A stretch of 64,000 nt of DNA from Candidatus Latescibacterota bacterium (GTDB lineage Bacteria; Latescibacterota; UBA2968; UBA8231): assembly GCA_965200315.1 (NCBI GenBank), contig OZ241362.1, forward strand, positions 2,784,001 to 2,848,000, given 5' to 3'. Made by a program: the position numbers and the translations under genes. How positions within the stretch are numbered: the stretch's first letter is position 1; each line of letters starts with the position of its first letter. Shown piece after piece: positions 37,794 through 48,078 of this stretch. The notes below the pieces were generated by a model, which was not told where the DNA came from, did not search any database, and was given only the letters and a program-made list of their open reading frames with translations.

Positions 37794-37883
37794 CGGCGGG
37801 CCTTTGCTCAGCGTATGGTGGACGTTAGATTGTGCCGGCGCAAGGTAGTGAATCCGCTCTTGCCTTTCAAGGAGGAAAACGCC

Positions 37884-38537
37884 ATGGGATTTGAAGTGTA
37901 CGATTGTCGCCGGGATATCCGCAATATTCTGGTGCGGCCGCAAATTCGCGCCCGCTTCTGCCGCTTAGAGCCAAACACAGGCTCGCTCGACGCTTGGCAC
38001 ACTCACGACTTGGGCGACGAAATCTTTATCATTTTGTCGGGTCGAGTGGAGTTCAAAATCAACGGCGAGGTGAAAGAAGTTGGGCCGGGGCAAATGTGCT
38101 ACGCCCTAACCGACGAGCCGCACTCAGTGCGAGTCATCGGCGACGAGCCAGTCTACATGTACCTCTCGGTGACGCCGCACATCCAGCCGACGCATACGTT
38201 TTACGACGACAAGGGCGAGCGCCGGCGGCCCCACTTCAGGCCGTCGAGCGACTACGATACCACGACGGATTCGACCACGCCGGTCGCCGAGTTGATCGAC
38301 GGTCACATCGATGCAGTGCATACCCTAGCGGCCCAAGCACAGGAGAGCGTGCGCATCCAAGAAGAGCGGGGCCGCGAACTCAAGCAGGCCCTAGCGGCTG
38401 GCGATATGGAAGCGGCCAGCCGCGTGCGCGAGGCCATGTGGGCACCGCTTTTGCAGCTCTTCAAGCAGACGAGCGCCGTGGCGGACGGCTGGAATGGCCT
38501 AGCTCCCCGGGCCGGGTCTGTCGATGCAGTATATTGA
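37884..38537 (+). CDS. Cupin domain protein with a helical C-terminus
   Basis: WHTHDLGDEIFIILSG...PH; aaggagg RBS. Confidence 0.8.
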   Translation: MGFEVYDCRRDIRNILVRPQIRARFCRLEPNTGSLDAWHTHDLGDEIFIILSGRVEFKINGEVKEVGPGQMCYALTDEPHSVRVIGDEPVYMYLSVTPHIQPTHTFYDDKGERRRPHFRPSSDYDTTTDSTTPVAELIDGHIDAVHTLAAQAQESVRIQEERGRELKQALAAGDMEAASRVREAMWAPLLQLFKQTSAVADGWNGLAPRAGSVDAVY

Positions 38538-38556
38538 GCCGTCTCAACACCACCGC

Positions 38557-39291
38557 ATGAGCAAACGCACCAATAACCTTGGACAGCCGATTAGCTTCGC
38601 TCTGCCCGATTGGACGCCACCACCCCACCCGCCGAGAGAATGTATGGAAGGTCGCCTCTGTCGGTTGGAACCACTGCAAGTCGATAGCCATCTTGACGAT
38701 CTGTATCAGGACAATGCCTCTGATGCGGAAGGCAAGAGTTGGACCTACTTGGCATACGGCCCATTTCCCGACAAAGACAGCTACCGAGATTGGATGACCG
38801 AAACATGCCTAGGTGACGATCCGCTGTTCTTTGCCATTGTGGACAAGAGCGCTGGGACAGCATCTGGCGTCGCGAGCTATCTCAACATCGCACCTGCAAG
38901 CGGCGCTATTGAAGTGGGTCACATCCACTATTCCCCGCAGCTACAGCGAACGCCATTGGCCACCGAAGCCATGTACCTCATGATGAAGAAGGCGTTTGAA
39001 TTAGGCTACCGACGCTATTGTTGGAAGTGCGACAGCCTGAACAAAGCATCTCGGGTAGCCGCCCAACGTCTGGGACTTTCGTTTGAGGGGATTTTTCGCC
39101 AAGCAAGTGTCTATAACGGGCGCAATCGGGATACCGCGTGGTACGCAGCCATTGATTCTGAGTGGCCGGAGCTAGAGCGAGCCTTCCTGACTTGGTTAGC
39201 TCCAGACAATTTTGACGACCAGGGCAGGCAGCGATTGCGCCTCTCAGATCTCACCCAACCTATACTCAAAAACCAAGGAAATACGCAATGA
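38557..39291 (+). CDS. GNAT (RimJ/RimL-like) N-acetyltransferase
   Basis: WTYLAYGPF, IEVGHI, LGYRRYCWKCDSLN and GRNRDTAWY. Confidence 0.9.
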   Translation: MSKRTNNLGQPISFALPDWTPPPHPPRECMEGRLCRLEPLQVDSHLDDLYQDNASDAEGKSWTYLAYGPFPDKDSYRDWMTETCLGDDPLFFAIVDKSAGTASGVASYLNIAPASGAIEVGHIHYSPQLQRTPLATEAMYLMMKKAFELGYRRYCWKCDSLNKASRVAAQRLGLSFEGIFRQASVYNGRNRDTAWYAAIDSEWPELERAFLTWLAPDNFDDQGRQRLRLSDLTQPILKNQGNTQ

Positions 39292-40076
39292 GCCAGATCA
39301 TCCCCGAGCAATATACCTGCTACCGAGCCAAAAAAGCGCTCACCATCGACGGCCACCTCACTGAAGCGTCTTGGAAGCGCGCCCCGCGCACTCCCTTGTT
39401 CGTCGACATCGAAGGGGACAAAAAGCCCCTGCCTCGCTTTGCCACTCGGGTCGCCATGCTGTGGGACGACGACTATTTCTACTTTGGTGCCGATATGGAA
39501 GAGCCGCACGTATGGGGCACATTGACCAAGCGCGACTCGGTCATTTGCAATGACAACGATTTCGAGATCTTCATCGACCCAGACGACGATGGAGAGCACT
39601 ATATGGAATTTGAGATCAACCCGCTCAATGTGGCTTGGGATCTCTATCTGCCCAAGCAATACAACCGAGGCGGCGAGGCCGACTGGGGCTTCGATTTTGA
39701 AGGCATCAAGCACGCCGTGCAGATCGACGGCACCCTCAATTGCTCGGACGATGTGGATCGGGGTTGGTCGGTGGAGGTGGCCATCCCTTGGAGCAGCATG
39801 GAAAAGTACGCCGGCACTGCCTGCCCTCCCAACCCCGGCGATCGCTGGCGGGTCAACTTTTCCCGCGTCGAATGGGAGTTCGACCGCTACAAGGGCGGTT
39901 ATTTGAAGAAAGAGGGTGTGCCCTGCGACAATTGGGTGTGGTCACCGATGGGAGTAATCAATATGCACGAGCCTCAGATGTGGGGATACGTGCAGTTTTC
40001 TGCCATCACTGTGGGCGAAGGGGAAGACGCTTTTTCAGCGACTCCGGCGGCACGTCCAGCACCGGAAGCACCGTAA
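39288..40076 (+). CDS. Carbohydrate-binding family 9-like (DOMON) protein
   Basis: IDGHLTEASW, MLWDD, NDFEIFIDPD, WSVEVAIPW and WRVNFSRVEW. Confidence 0.8.
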   Translation: MSQIIPEQYTCYRAKKALTIDGHLTEASWKRAPRTPLFVDIEGDKKPLPRFATRVAMLWDDDYFYFGADMEEPHVWGTLTKRDSVICNDNDFEIFIDPDDDGEHYMEFEINPLNVAWDLYLPKQYNRGGEADWGFDFEGIKHAVQIDGTLNCSDDVDRGWSVEVAIPWSSMEKYAGTACPPNPGDRWRVNFSRVEWEFDRYKGGYLKKEGVPCDNWVWSPMGVINMHEPQMWGYVQFSAITVGEGEDAFSATPAARPAPEAP

Positions 40077-40147
40077 CATCGCGGCCTTTGCCTGTCGGAT
40101 GGGGAAGTGTCCTTTATACTCCAGACGCAGCCACTCGGCGCAGTGGG

Positions 40148-40570
40148 TCAGTCGTGAGTTATGATCTTCCACTTCTTCTTCTGCATCGGAATCACATACC
40201 CAGATCCTTCAGGTGCTTCCCTGTGTTCCCGAGCCTCGCGCGTGATCTCCGGCCACCAATGTAGGAAGTGCATAACTTGGGTCCAGATTTTCTTTTCTGG
40301 ATATTGGCTAGCAAAAAAAAAGGCCGTCAAGCCCGACTCACGCCAAGCAGCCCTTTCGGCCCGATTCCGAGAAATCCGAATATCGCCCGAGATCACGATC
40401 CACTCCCCCTCACGGCCTAATGCTTCAAGCCAAGTGACATCCTCTGTCTGCTGATTAAAACGGACTCTAAGGTGCTCTACTGTCCAGTCTCCTCGTTCTA
40501 CACGGTCATCTAGGGCAATCAACGCCTCAGCTAGACGATGAGAGATGTTGTTGTCGAGGAAAAACCTCAC
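40148..40570 (-). CDS. VapC45-like PIN toxin
   Basis: RFFLDNNIS, DVTWL..LG, WIVISGDIRI and ERAAWRESGL. Confidence 0.8.
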   Translation of the reverse strand: MRFFLDNNISHRLAEALIALDDRVERGDWTVEHLRVRFNQQTEDVTWLEALGREGEWIVISGDIRISRNRAERAAWRESGLTAFFFASQYPEKKIWTQVMHFLHWWPEITREAREHREAPEGSGYVIPMQKKKWKIITHD

Positions 40571-41244
40571 GCTGCTAATTGTGCCTCGTATGTGACAGCA
40601 TCGCTTACTTCCTTAAGAGTGGCATCGTACCACCAAGCGACCCGGTCCATGTCTTGCTCGGCTCGATAGGTGCGACTCAGGAGACGAGTGCGGACACCGC
40701 TGGGATTGCATATCGGTGCTCCGAAACTACGAGTAGGTTCGATGATGACTGTGCTCTCCCGGCCCATAGGATGCCAACACACCGGGGCACCTGTTTCCGA
40801 AAAATCTAGCTCGTCGTCAGGCAGAACAGTCCTGACGAAGTCCTTAAAGTACTGTTCGTCGGTGACGATGTCGTGCAGTGCAGTCTCTTCCACTTGCTGG
40901 AGGATACGGCGGCCATCTGTGCGAAAGCTGCGCTGCGAAAATGGATGCGAATGGCCCGTGAGCTGAGCTGCTTTGTGCGAGGCAATGCGCAAGGTCGACC
41001 ACGGTACCCCCTTCTCGCGAAAACTCCTCAAGGCTCGGACTTCGATAAGATCGACAAAGCGCAAGATAGGGGTTTCCCCGGCCTCCGTTGAAGCAAACAC
41101 AGGCGGCAGCTTGTGACGAGATTCATTCCAGGTGTAGCTATAACCCCGCGTCCAACGCCGAATGGTGCTGACGGGAACACCCGTCAGCCGGGCCGCTTCC
41201 GCGACGCTATAGACGCCATGTCCAATATATAAGTAATCTGCCAT
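40567..41244 (-). CDS. VapB45-like antitoxin (HTH + DUF433)
   Basis: YSVAEAARLTGVPVSTIRRW, FVDLIEV and IEPTRSFGAP; 4-nt overlap with the PIN gene. Confidence 0.8.
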   Translation of the reverse strand: MADYLYIGHGVYSVAEAARLTGVPVSTIRRWTRGYSYTWNESRHKLPPVFASTEAGETPILRFVDLIEVRALRSFREKGVPWSTLRIASHKAAQLTGHSHPFSQRSFRTDGRRILQQVEETALHDIVTDEQYFKDFVRTVLPDDELDFSETGAPVCWHPMGRESTVIIEPTRSFGAPICNPSGVRTRLLSRTYRAEQDMDRVAWWYDATLKEVSDAVTYEAQLAA

Positions 41245-41361
41245 TTTGTGCTCCTTTATAGAGCGATCTTTGTCGCCTTGAATCTACCTAACCGATTTCC
41301 GCAGGTCTTTTACCTTAAGATACATAGAGCTACCGCGTCAATGCCACGCTGGCTTGTACCT

Positions 41362-43122
41362 TTACCCCTCGTCCGCGTCCACTCGGCGCATGTATCGAGT
41401 GTACGCTCCTCGCAGCGCTACCCCCAGCAATAGCGCCACCAACCCCCCAACCAACGCCACGCTCCAACGCCCCACGTAAAACCCCGAAAAGCCGATAATG
41501 CCCCCTCCCACGGCCACCGCACCAAGCAGGGCGAGACCCAAGCCGTGTATAATCGGTGAGCCGCCAGTGGCCTCAACGCCCGCCTTTTGCGCGATCGGCC
41601 CCCACCATCCCATCGGTCGCGCCTCTTTGTAGAAAGCCAAGAGCTTTTCCTCTGGCTCTGGCTTGGTGTAAAGTGCCACCGCGACCCAGAGCAAGCACGT
41701 TGCGGCAATCGACGATAGAACTATCACATACGCCGTATCCTGCCCCGCATCGATCCAATGGGCAAAAACCACGTACTTGTTCAAGAGAAAGACCACCGGC
41801 CCGCCGAAAGAGGCGGCCAGTCGCGCCTTACCGTTAAAGCGCCACCACCACCACTGGCCCCAATTGGCCGTCAGTTCGGCCGAAGAAAGCCCGAGCATAA
41901 AGACCGCGATATCGATGACGTTCTCGGCCTGTAGTGCGACCGCCAGTGAAAGGCCCATGATCGCCAGCATCACCACTCTGCCGACGCCCATGTAGTGCCC
42001 CATCTCAGCGCCGCGTTTGATAAAGCGCCGATACACATCGTTGATAAAGACCTGGGCCCCGAAGTTCATGTTGGAATCCACCGTGGACATGATCGACGCG
42101 AACATCGCCACCAGCACCAGCCCCAGAAGACCCGAAGGCAGGTAGTGGCCCAGCAAGAGACCGTAGGCCAGTTCCTTCTCCATGCTGCCGTCGTGCAGGC
42201 CCGGCCATTTGACCATCGCCCCCAGAGCCGGCAGGGTCAGCACAGCCAGCATTAGGAAGAGCACAATCTCGGTCCAGACGTACATCCGCGTCGCCTCGCG
42301 GCTGTTGCGGCACGACAGCAGCCGTTGGCCCTCCATCGCTCCGGCCATCGGGGCCACGTCGCCTCCGTAGCCGATCGCGGTGCCCATCGTCCACGCGATA
42401 ATCCCCACCACTCCCAAAAGCTCGTGACTCATCGGCGGATGCCAGCTAACGACCCCTTCCCCAAACTGCGTGACCAGTGCCTGATAGAGCCCTGTCGGCC
42501 CGCCGAAGTCGGCCCACACCAAGCCCATTAGCACGAGCGAGGACGCGATCATGATCGCGGTCTGGATCAAATCCGACATCACCACGCCCATGTAGCCGGA
42601 GAGCACCACATAGACCAAAATGATCGGAATGACCAGCAGAAAGGTCTCAAAGCGCGACCAGCCCAAGAGCGCCTCAGACACTTTCGTCAGCCCCAAGAGC
42701 CCGGCCCCGGTCCAAGCTACCACGGCGACAAAGGCGCTGCGCAGCGAGACCCAAGCGCGCATCGTCGGCGCAGCCGCACCGCCAAAGCGGAGTTCGTAAA
42801 ATTCCGGCGAGGTGAAAATTTTCAACCGCCGCCAGCACGCGGCAAAGAGCAGCCCGCCGATCATCAGTGCCAGCCCGAAGCGGCTCAAATACCACCAGCA
42901 GATAAAGGTCCCGGTGATGACCGTCATGCCGCAATACGCGGGTGCCACATCGGCGTTCATGCAGGTGACCGCATAGCTGGTGCCGCTCATCCATCCCTTC
43001 ATCTTGCGCCCACCCAAGAAGTAATTTTCCATACTATGTTGGGCGAATCTCCTGTAGTACAGTCCCATCCCTACCAAGAAGATCATGTAGAGCGCCATCA
43101 GCGCGTAATCCAGACCCGACAC
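41362..43122 (-). CDS. Sodium:solute symporter (SSS) family transporter
   Basis: YFLGGR, RFGG, SDLIQ, MFASIMSTVDS and many TM segments. Confidence 0.88.
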   Translation of the reverse strand: MSGLDYALMALYMIFLVGMGLYYRRFAQHSMENYFLGGRKMKGWMSGTSYAVTCMNADVAPAYCGMTVITGTFICWWYLSRFGLALMIGGLLFAACWRRLKIFTSPEFYELRFGGAAAPTMRAWVSLRSAFVAVVAWTGAGLLGLTKVSEALLGWSRFETFLLVIPIILVYVVLSGYMGVVMSDLIQTAIMIASSLVLMGLVWADFGGPTGLYQALVTQFGEGVVSWHPPMSHELLGVVGIIAWTMGTAIGYGGDVAPMAGAMEGQRLLSCRNSREATRMYVWTEIVLFLMLAVLTLPALGAMVKWPGLHDGSMEKELAYGLLLGHYLPSGLLGLVLVAMFASIMSTVDSNMNFGAQVFINDVYRRFIKRGAEMGHYMGVGRVVMLAIMGLSLAVALQAENVIDIAVFMLGLSSAELTANWGQWWWWRFNGKARLAASFGGPVVFLLNKYVVFAHWIDAGQDTAYVIVLSSIAATCLLWVAVALYTKPEPEEKLLAFYKEARPMGWWGPIAQKAGVEATGGSPIIHGLGLALLGAVAVGGGIIGFSGFYVGRWSVALVGGLVALLLGVALRGAYTRYMRRVDADEG

Positions 43123-43303
43123 AATCCCTCCTTTGCTTGGGAAGTAGCCAGTTTTTGTGCCGCTCTCTATGCAGAATTAAAAACGCCGCGTCAAGTTGTG
43201 GCACGAGCTGACGTGGGGCAGCGCCGCTTGCAATCTGCATGGCCAATTATCGTTATTTTTGACTAGTGCATCGATCCTTCCCGACAGCAAAAAGGCCAGC
43301 CTT

Positions 43304-44335
43304 ATGCCCGCACCTATCCTCCTGACCGACTCCCAAGTCCAAGCCTACCTAACCAATGGCTATATCACCGTGCAGACCGCTCATCCGCCCGCGGTCCACC
43401 AAAATATCCACCGCCAAATCGAAACCCTCTTCGCCATCGAAGGCAATCCCGGCAACGACATCCTCCCCAAAATCCCGGACCTGCACCAAATTCTCCGCGA
43501 TCCCGCTGTCGCCGGTGCTCTCCAGAGCCTCCTCGGCCCCTCCTACCTCATCCACCCGCACCGCCACTGCCATCACAACCCCAGTGGGTCCCGAGGCCAA
43601 GGCATGCACCAAGATAGCTATGAAAACGACCAGAGCGTCCGCCATCACCGCACCCGCTGGACCATGGCCTTCTACTATCCACAGGACGTCAGCTTGGACA
43701 TGGGGCCGACCGCGATTTTGCCGGCCACTCAGTACTACAATTCGTCTAAACAAGCTTATGAGCGGGAAGAACAGCCCCTCTGCGGCCGGGCCGGAACAGT
43801 GACCATCGTCCACTACGACCTCTGGCATCGCGCCATGCCCAACGCCAGTGACCGCGACCGCTTCATGGTCAAGTTCCTCTTCACCCGCATGGGCGAGCCG
43901 CAGACATCCTCGTGGGACCACCGCGACGGCACTTGGCAAGCCGCAGGCACTGATCCTCCCGCCGAGCTATGCCGTCGCGCCTGGGACTGGATGCGCGGCA
44001 GTGATGATACCACAGCTCCTACGGAGGTTTCGCTCGGCGAGTTGCGTCAGAGCCTAGAGGCTGAAGCCGAAACCGAGCGCCAATCGGCACTGGCCGATTT
44101 CGCGTGCCCTGCGCTGGGCGCAATTCGTCGGCATGGGTGGACGCACGTGTCGGGCCGTTTTATCCACGCGGCTGAAGGACTACCAGCAAGACGAGCCGTT
44201 CTGGGAGACAGTGATGCTCTTTTTTGCCAACCAACCCATGCTGGAACCCACCTACATCGGCCCGATTGTCGATTATATCCACTACCAGAAATTCGTGCCC
44301 CAGCGATTGCCCGGCCCCGACGGCCAGTTCATTGA
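43304..44335 (+). CDS. PhyH-like dioxygenase (paralog of 35478-36920), HEAT region truncated by fusion near 44090
   Basis: NPGNDILP, HRHCH, HQD, YYPQDV..DMGPT and HYDLWHR; homology is lost after EAETER. Confidence 0.7.
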   Translation: MPAPILLTDSQVQAYLTNGYITVQTAHPPAVHQNIHRQIETLFAIEGNPGNDILPKIPDLHQILRDPAVAGALQSLLGPSYLIHPHRHCHHNPSGSRGQGMHQDSYENDQSVRHHRTRWTMAFYYPQDVSLDMGPTAILPATQYYNSSKQAYEREEQPLCGRAGTVTIVHYDLWHRAMPNASDRDRFMVKFLFTRMGEPQTSSWDHRDGTWQAAGTDPPAELCRRAWDWMRGSDDTTAPTEVSLGELRQSLEAEAETERQSALADFACPALGAIRRHGWTHVSGRFIHAAEGLPARRAVLGDSDALFCQPTHAGTHLHRPDCRLYPLPEIRAPAIARPRRPVH

Positions 44336-44874
44336 AGGGCCGGCGGCGCAGCCCAACTTTTCGATGAAGGGCCGTAGCATCACCAAGCTGCTGAGCTTGG
44401 TTGACGAGTGGCACGGCGAACTCAACGCCGATGACTACGCCCTCAGCGAGGAAGATGCGTGGGAGGCGTCTGGTTTTCGCGGATTCGAGTGGGGAGGAAG
44501 AAGACAGTTTCTCGGGCGAGTACGTGGGGTGGTCGATACGCGAGTTATGCACCGCGCTCGACCTGCTGGCCGAAGGGCGCGTCATGCACCACTGCGCGGC
44601 CTCATATGCCCGGCGCTGCTCGGAGGGCGAGCGGTCGGTGTGGTCAATGCAGCTAACCTACCCGACCAAGCTGCCGCAGCGCATTCTGACCATTGCCCTC
44701 GACAACCACAAGAAGACCGTCGTCGATTATCGAGGGAAGTACAACATGCACCCCCAAGACAACAAGCGCACTGCCAAAAAGCACTGGCAGGACCGGCCCT
44801 ACCTCTACTATCTGCGGCAATCGCCGCGCATCTTGCGCTTGTGGATGGAGCGCGAGGATCTGCGGCACGACTAG
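44090..44874 (+). pseudogene. PcfJ-like domain gene remnant, 5'-truncated and frameshifted near 44493
   Basis: FSMKGRS...EWH in one frame; ELCTALDLLAEGRVMHHCAASY...LTI...RGKYN in the next. Confidence 0.65.
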
Positions 44875-44932
44875 CGAGGCAATATGAAGGTCGAGAGCCG
44901 AGGGCGATCGTAGGAACTGGGAGAAGGGTGAG

Positions 44933-45997
44933 CTACAAAGACCCTTTGAACAGGATCGCGCCCATGGTGGACAACCAGCTAGCTAGTACGATGCCGATGG
45001 TCCAGCGGAAATAGACACCGAGCTTGCCGTGGAAGTCGCGTACGGTCGCGTCGTACTTATTGTGCAAATTGCGCTCTGACGTGTCGATCTTATCATTTAG
45101 CGTCTGAAACGACGCCTCTCGCTTCTCATCCGACATGTCAATCTTATCGTTCAGCGTCTGAAACGACGCCTCTCGCTTCTCATCCAGAACCTGAACCGAT
45201 GCGTCAATCTTATCGTTCAGCGTCTGAAACGACGCTTCCCGCTTCCCATCCGACGTGTCGATCTTGTCATGCAGCGTCTGAACTGACGTGGCACTCTCCT
45301 CGCGCAGCGTCTGAACCGACATGTCGATCTTGTCATGCAGCGTCTGAACTGACGCGGCACTCTCCTCGCGCAGCGTCTGAACCGACATGTCAATCTTATC
45401 ATGCAGCGTCTGAACCGACGCTTCCCGCTTCCCATCCGACATGTCAATCTTATCGTTCAGCGTCTGAAACGACGCTTCCTGCTTCCGATCCGACGTGTCG
45501 ATCTTATCATGCAGCGTCTGAACCGACGCGGCACTCTCCTCGCGCAGCGTCTGAACCGACGTGTCAATCTTATCATGCAGCGTCTGAACCGACGCTTCCC
45601 GCTTCCCATCCGACATGTCAATCTTATCGTTCAGCGTCTGAAACGACGCTTCCTGCCTCCGATCCGACGTGTCGATCTTATCATGCAGCGTCTGAACCGA
45701 CGTGGCACTCTCCTCGCGCAGCGTCTGAACCGACATGTCAATCTTATCATGCAGCGTCTGAACTGACGCTTCCCGCTTCCCATCCGACATGTCAATCTTA
45801 TCGTTCAGCGTCTGAAACGACGTGTCGATCTTCTCGTGCAGACCTCGGTGTGACGCCGTGCTCTCCCCGCGCAGCTCCTGAACCGACACATCCAGCTTCT
45901 CACCGACCGCTCGCACGTCGCTTTCAATTAGCTCCAAGCGGCGGTTGATCTGCTGCAATACGTCGCGGGTGGTTATCTCAGATGTTTCAGTGGCCAT
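44933..45997 (-). CDS. KID-repeat coiled-coil protein with a C-terminal membrane anchor (Bdr/DUF1640-like architecture)
   Basis: Short head, long 11/7-aa repeat stalk and terminal FRWTIGIVLASWLSTMGAILF helix; aggag RBS. Confidence 0.75.
   Translation of the reverse strand: MATETSEITTRDVLQQINRRLELIESDVRAVGEKLDVSVQELRGESTASHRGLHEKIDTSFQTLNDKIDMSDGKREASVQTLHDKIDMSVQTLREESATSVQTLHDKIDTSDRRQEASFQTLNDKIDMSDGKREASVQTLHDKIDTSVQTLREESAASVQTLHDKIDTSDRKQEASFQTLNDKIDMSDGKREASVQTLHDKIDMSVQTLREESAASVQTLHDKIDMSVQTLREESATSVQTLHDKIDTSDGKREASFQTLNDKIDASVQVLDEKREASFQTLNDKIDMSDEKREASFQTLNDKIDTSERNLHNKYDATVRDFHGKLGVYFRWTIGIVLASWLSTMGAILFKGSL
45075..45835 (-). repeat. Intragenic tandem array of 33-nt and 21-nt units with a 174-nt higher-order period
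   Basis: Units SFQTLNDKIDM, SVQTLHDKID(M/T), SVQTLREESA(T/A) and SD(G/R/E)K(R/Q)EA; near-identical at the DNA level. Confidence 0.9.
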
Positions 45998-46194
45998 CTC
46001 AGCATTGCTCCTGATTAGGGTTAAAAGTAGGCAACAGGAACAGACAAGCAAAATGCGAACCACCTTTTTTGTCTGGCAAGGTCTCCGTTGTGTAGCTGCT
46101 TTTCTGTATCTAATCGCAGACAGTGTGCCCCCTGCCCGATACAGCCGCCTCTCCCCTTGATAGCTGCCCATCAGGCCCTATCTTGTTTGTCGCC

Positions 46195-47238
46195 ATGACT
46201 GCAACCTTTCGCATAGGCGTCACCCGCGACTTTCTCAAGGCCGACGGCACTCTCGGCTTCGGCGATATTGGCCTCGACCTGCTCGATGAATCCCCAACGG
46301 TCGAGTGGGAGTTTCTAGCGGAAAACACCACCGAGCTGCGCCCCGACCAAATTCGCGGCTACGACGGCCTGCTGGTCCTCGCCGCGATAGTTAGCGCCGA
46401 GACCTTGCAGGGAGCAGACAAGCTGGCAATCGTCGCCCGCTTCGGCGTCGGCTACGACAGCGTTGATGCCGCAGCTTGCAACGAGCAGGGCGTGCTCTTG
46501 ACGATCACTCCCGACGGCGTGCGCCGGCCAGTCGCAGTCATGGCTTTGACGTACCTTTTGGCCCTCAGCCACAAGATGCTGGCCAAGGACCGCTTGGTGC
46601 GCGAGGGCCGCTGGCATGAGCGCCTCGGCTACATGGGCATGGGCGTCACGGGCCGTACGCTTGGGCTGGTCGGCCTGGGCAATATCGGCCGCGAGATTTG
46701 CACCTTAGCCAAGCCCTTCGGCATTCGCTGCATTGCCGCCGATCCTTTCGTCGATGCTGCACAGGCGCACACCGCTGGTGCCGAATTGGTCGAGCTCGAC
46801 CAGTTGCTGCAACGCGCAGATTACGTCTGCATCTGCTGCGCACTCACTGAGGAGACCCATCACCTCATCAGCGAGCGCGAGCTCTCACTGATGAAGGAAA
46901 GCGCCTACCTCATCAACACGGCCCGCGGCCCCATCGTCGATCAGCAGGCCCTTACCCACGCCCTCCAACAGGGTCAAATCGCCGGGGCTGGCCTCGATGT
47001 CTTTGAAACAGAACCTGTTCCCCAGGATGAGCCTGTATTGGCACTCACCGACCAGACTATCGTCGCCCCGCACGGGCTATGCTGGACCGACGAGTGCTTC
47101 CGCCTCATCGGCCACAGTGCCTGCCGCAGTCTCATCGAAGTAGCCTCCGGGCACTTGCCCCAGCACCTCGTCAATCCCCAAGCGGCCGAGCACCCCCGTC
47201 TCCAAGAAAAACTGAACCGCTATCGAGCTATCGGATGA
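46195..47238 (+). CDS. D-isomer 2-hydroxyacid (phosphoglycerate-like) dehydrogenase
   Basis: RFGVGYD, GLVGLGNIG, INTARGPIVD, GLDVFETEP and APH. Confidence 0.9.
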   Translation: MTATFRIGVTRDFLKADGTLGFGDIGLDLLDESPTVEWEFLAENTTELRPDQIRGYDGLLVLAAIVSAETLQGADKLAIVARFGVGYDSVDAAACNEQGVLLTITPDGVRRPVAVMALTYLLALSHKMLAKDRLVREGRWHERLGYMGMGVTGRTLGLVGLGNIGREICTLAKPFGIRCIAADPFVDAAQAHTAGAELVELDQLLQRADYVCICCALTEETHHLISERELSLMKESAYLINTARGPIVDQQALTHALQQGQIAGAGLDVFETEPVPQDEPVLALTDQTIVAPHGLCWTDECFRLIGHSACRSLIEVASGHLPQHLVNPQAAEHPRLQEKLNRYRAIG

Positions 47239-48074
47239 AACCCAACAAAGTCAAACGCACCCTCAAAGAGGGCGGCACTGTCATCGGCACCATGACCTTT
47301 GAATTTTGCACCCCGGGCATTGCCCGCCTCTCTGCCGAGGCTGGTGCCGAATTCATTATGTACGACATGGAGCACACCGGCTGGAGCGTCGAGACAGTGC
47401 GCGACCTGATCGCCACCACCAACTCCGACCACATCGAGCCTTTTGTGCGGGTGCCGGCGACCCAATACCACTTCATCGCCCGCGTCCTCGACGTTGGGGC
47501 CCGAGGCGTCATGGTGCCGATGGTTAGCGACGCGCAGCAGACCGAGGTCATCGTGCAGTCGGGCAAGTACCCGCCGATTGGCCAGCGCGGAGCAGCCTTT
47601 CAAATTGCCCACGACCACTTCGCCGAAGGCTCCATTGTCGGCAAAATTGACCACGCCAATACCGAGAGCCTGCTGATCGCTCAGATCGAAAACCGCCCCG
47701 GCCTCGAAAATGTCGATCGCATCGCCGCGGTAGATGGGATTGATATACTGTGGATTGGAGGTTTTGACCTGAGCAACTTCTTGGGGATTCCTGGGCAGTT
47801 TGACCATCCCGAATTTACCGCCGCCCTCGACCGCGTCGTCGATGCCTGCGAGCACCACGGCAAGGCCGCTGGCTACTTGGTCAATACCATCGAGGAAGGG
47901 ACGGAGATGCTGAGCCGAGGCTTTCGCTGCATAGCTTACGGCGGCGACTTGTGGCTCTACCGCCGCGCCTTGGCCGAAGGCATCGAAGGGCTGCGGACGA
48001 TCGTCTGGCGGCGGTGCCCGCAGAGACCCTATCCATTTGGGTTGAGCCAACTCACAACACAAATCAGGAAGTGA
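47235..48074 (+). CDS. HpcH/HpaI aldolase family, with an apparently foreign C-terminal extension
   Basis: DMEH, VRVP, LDVGARGVMVPMV, QIE and DLS..LGIPGQFDHP. Confidence 0.88.
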   Translation: MKPNKVKRTLKEGGTVIGTMTFEFCTPGIARLSAEAGAEFIMYDMEHTGWSVETVRDLIATTNSDHIEPFVRVPATQYHFIARVLDVGARGVMVPMVSDAQQTEVIVQSGKYPPIGQRGAAFQIAHDHFAEGSIVGKIDHANTESLLIAQIENRPGLENVDRIAAVDGIDILWIGGFDLSNFLGIPGQFDHPEFTAALDRVVDACEHHGKAAGYLVNTIEEGTEMLSRGFRCIAYGGDLWLYRRALAEGIEGLRTIVWRRCPQRPYPFGLSQLTTQIRK

Positions 48075-48078
48075 GAGT

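Larger units (their letters stand above)
40111..41390. mobile_element. TA islet bounded by a degenerate repeat of the SSS transporter 3' end
   Basis: 40111-40142 (RRVAASGV* then AGG) vs 41359-41390 (RRVDADEG* then AGG); 23/32 nt identical with the stop in register. Confidence 0.55.

Noticed and set aside
45075-45835. CRISPR array
   Set aside because: Units are multiples of 3 within an open frame, there are no unique spacers and no cas genes; it is a coding tandem repeat.
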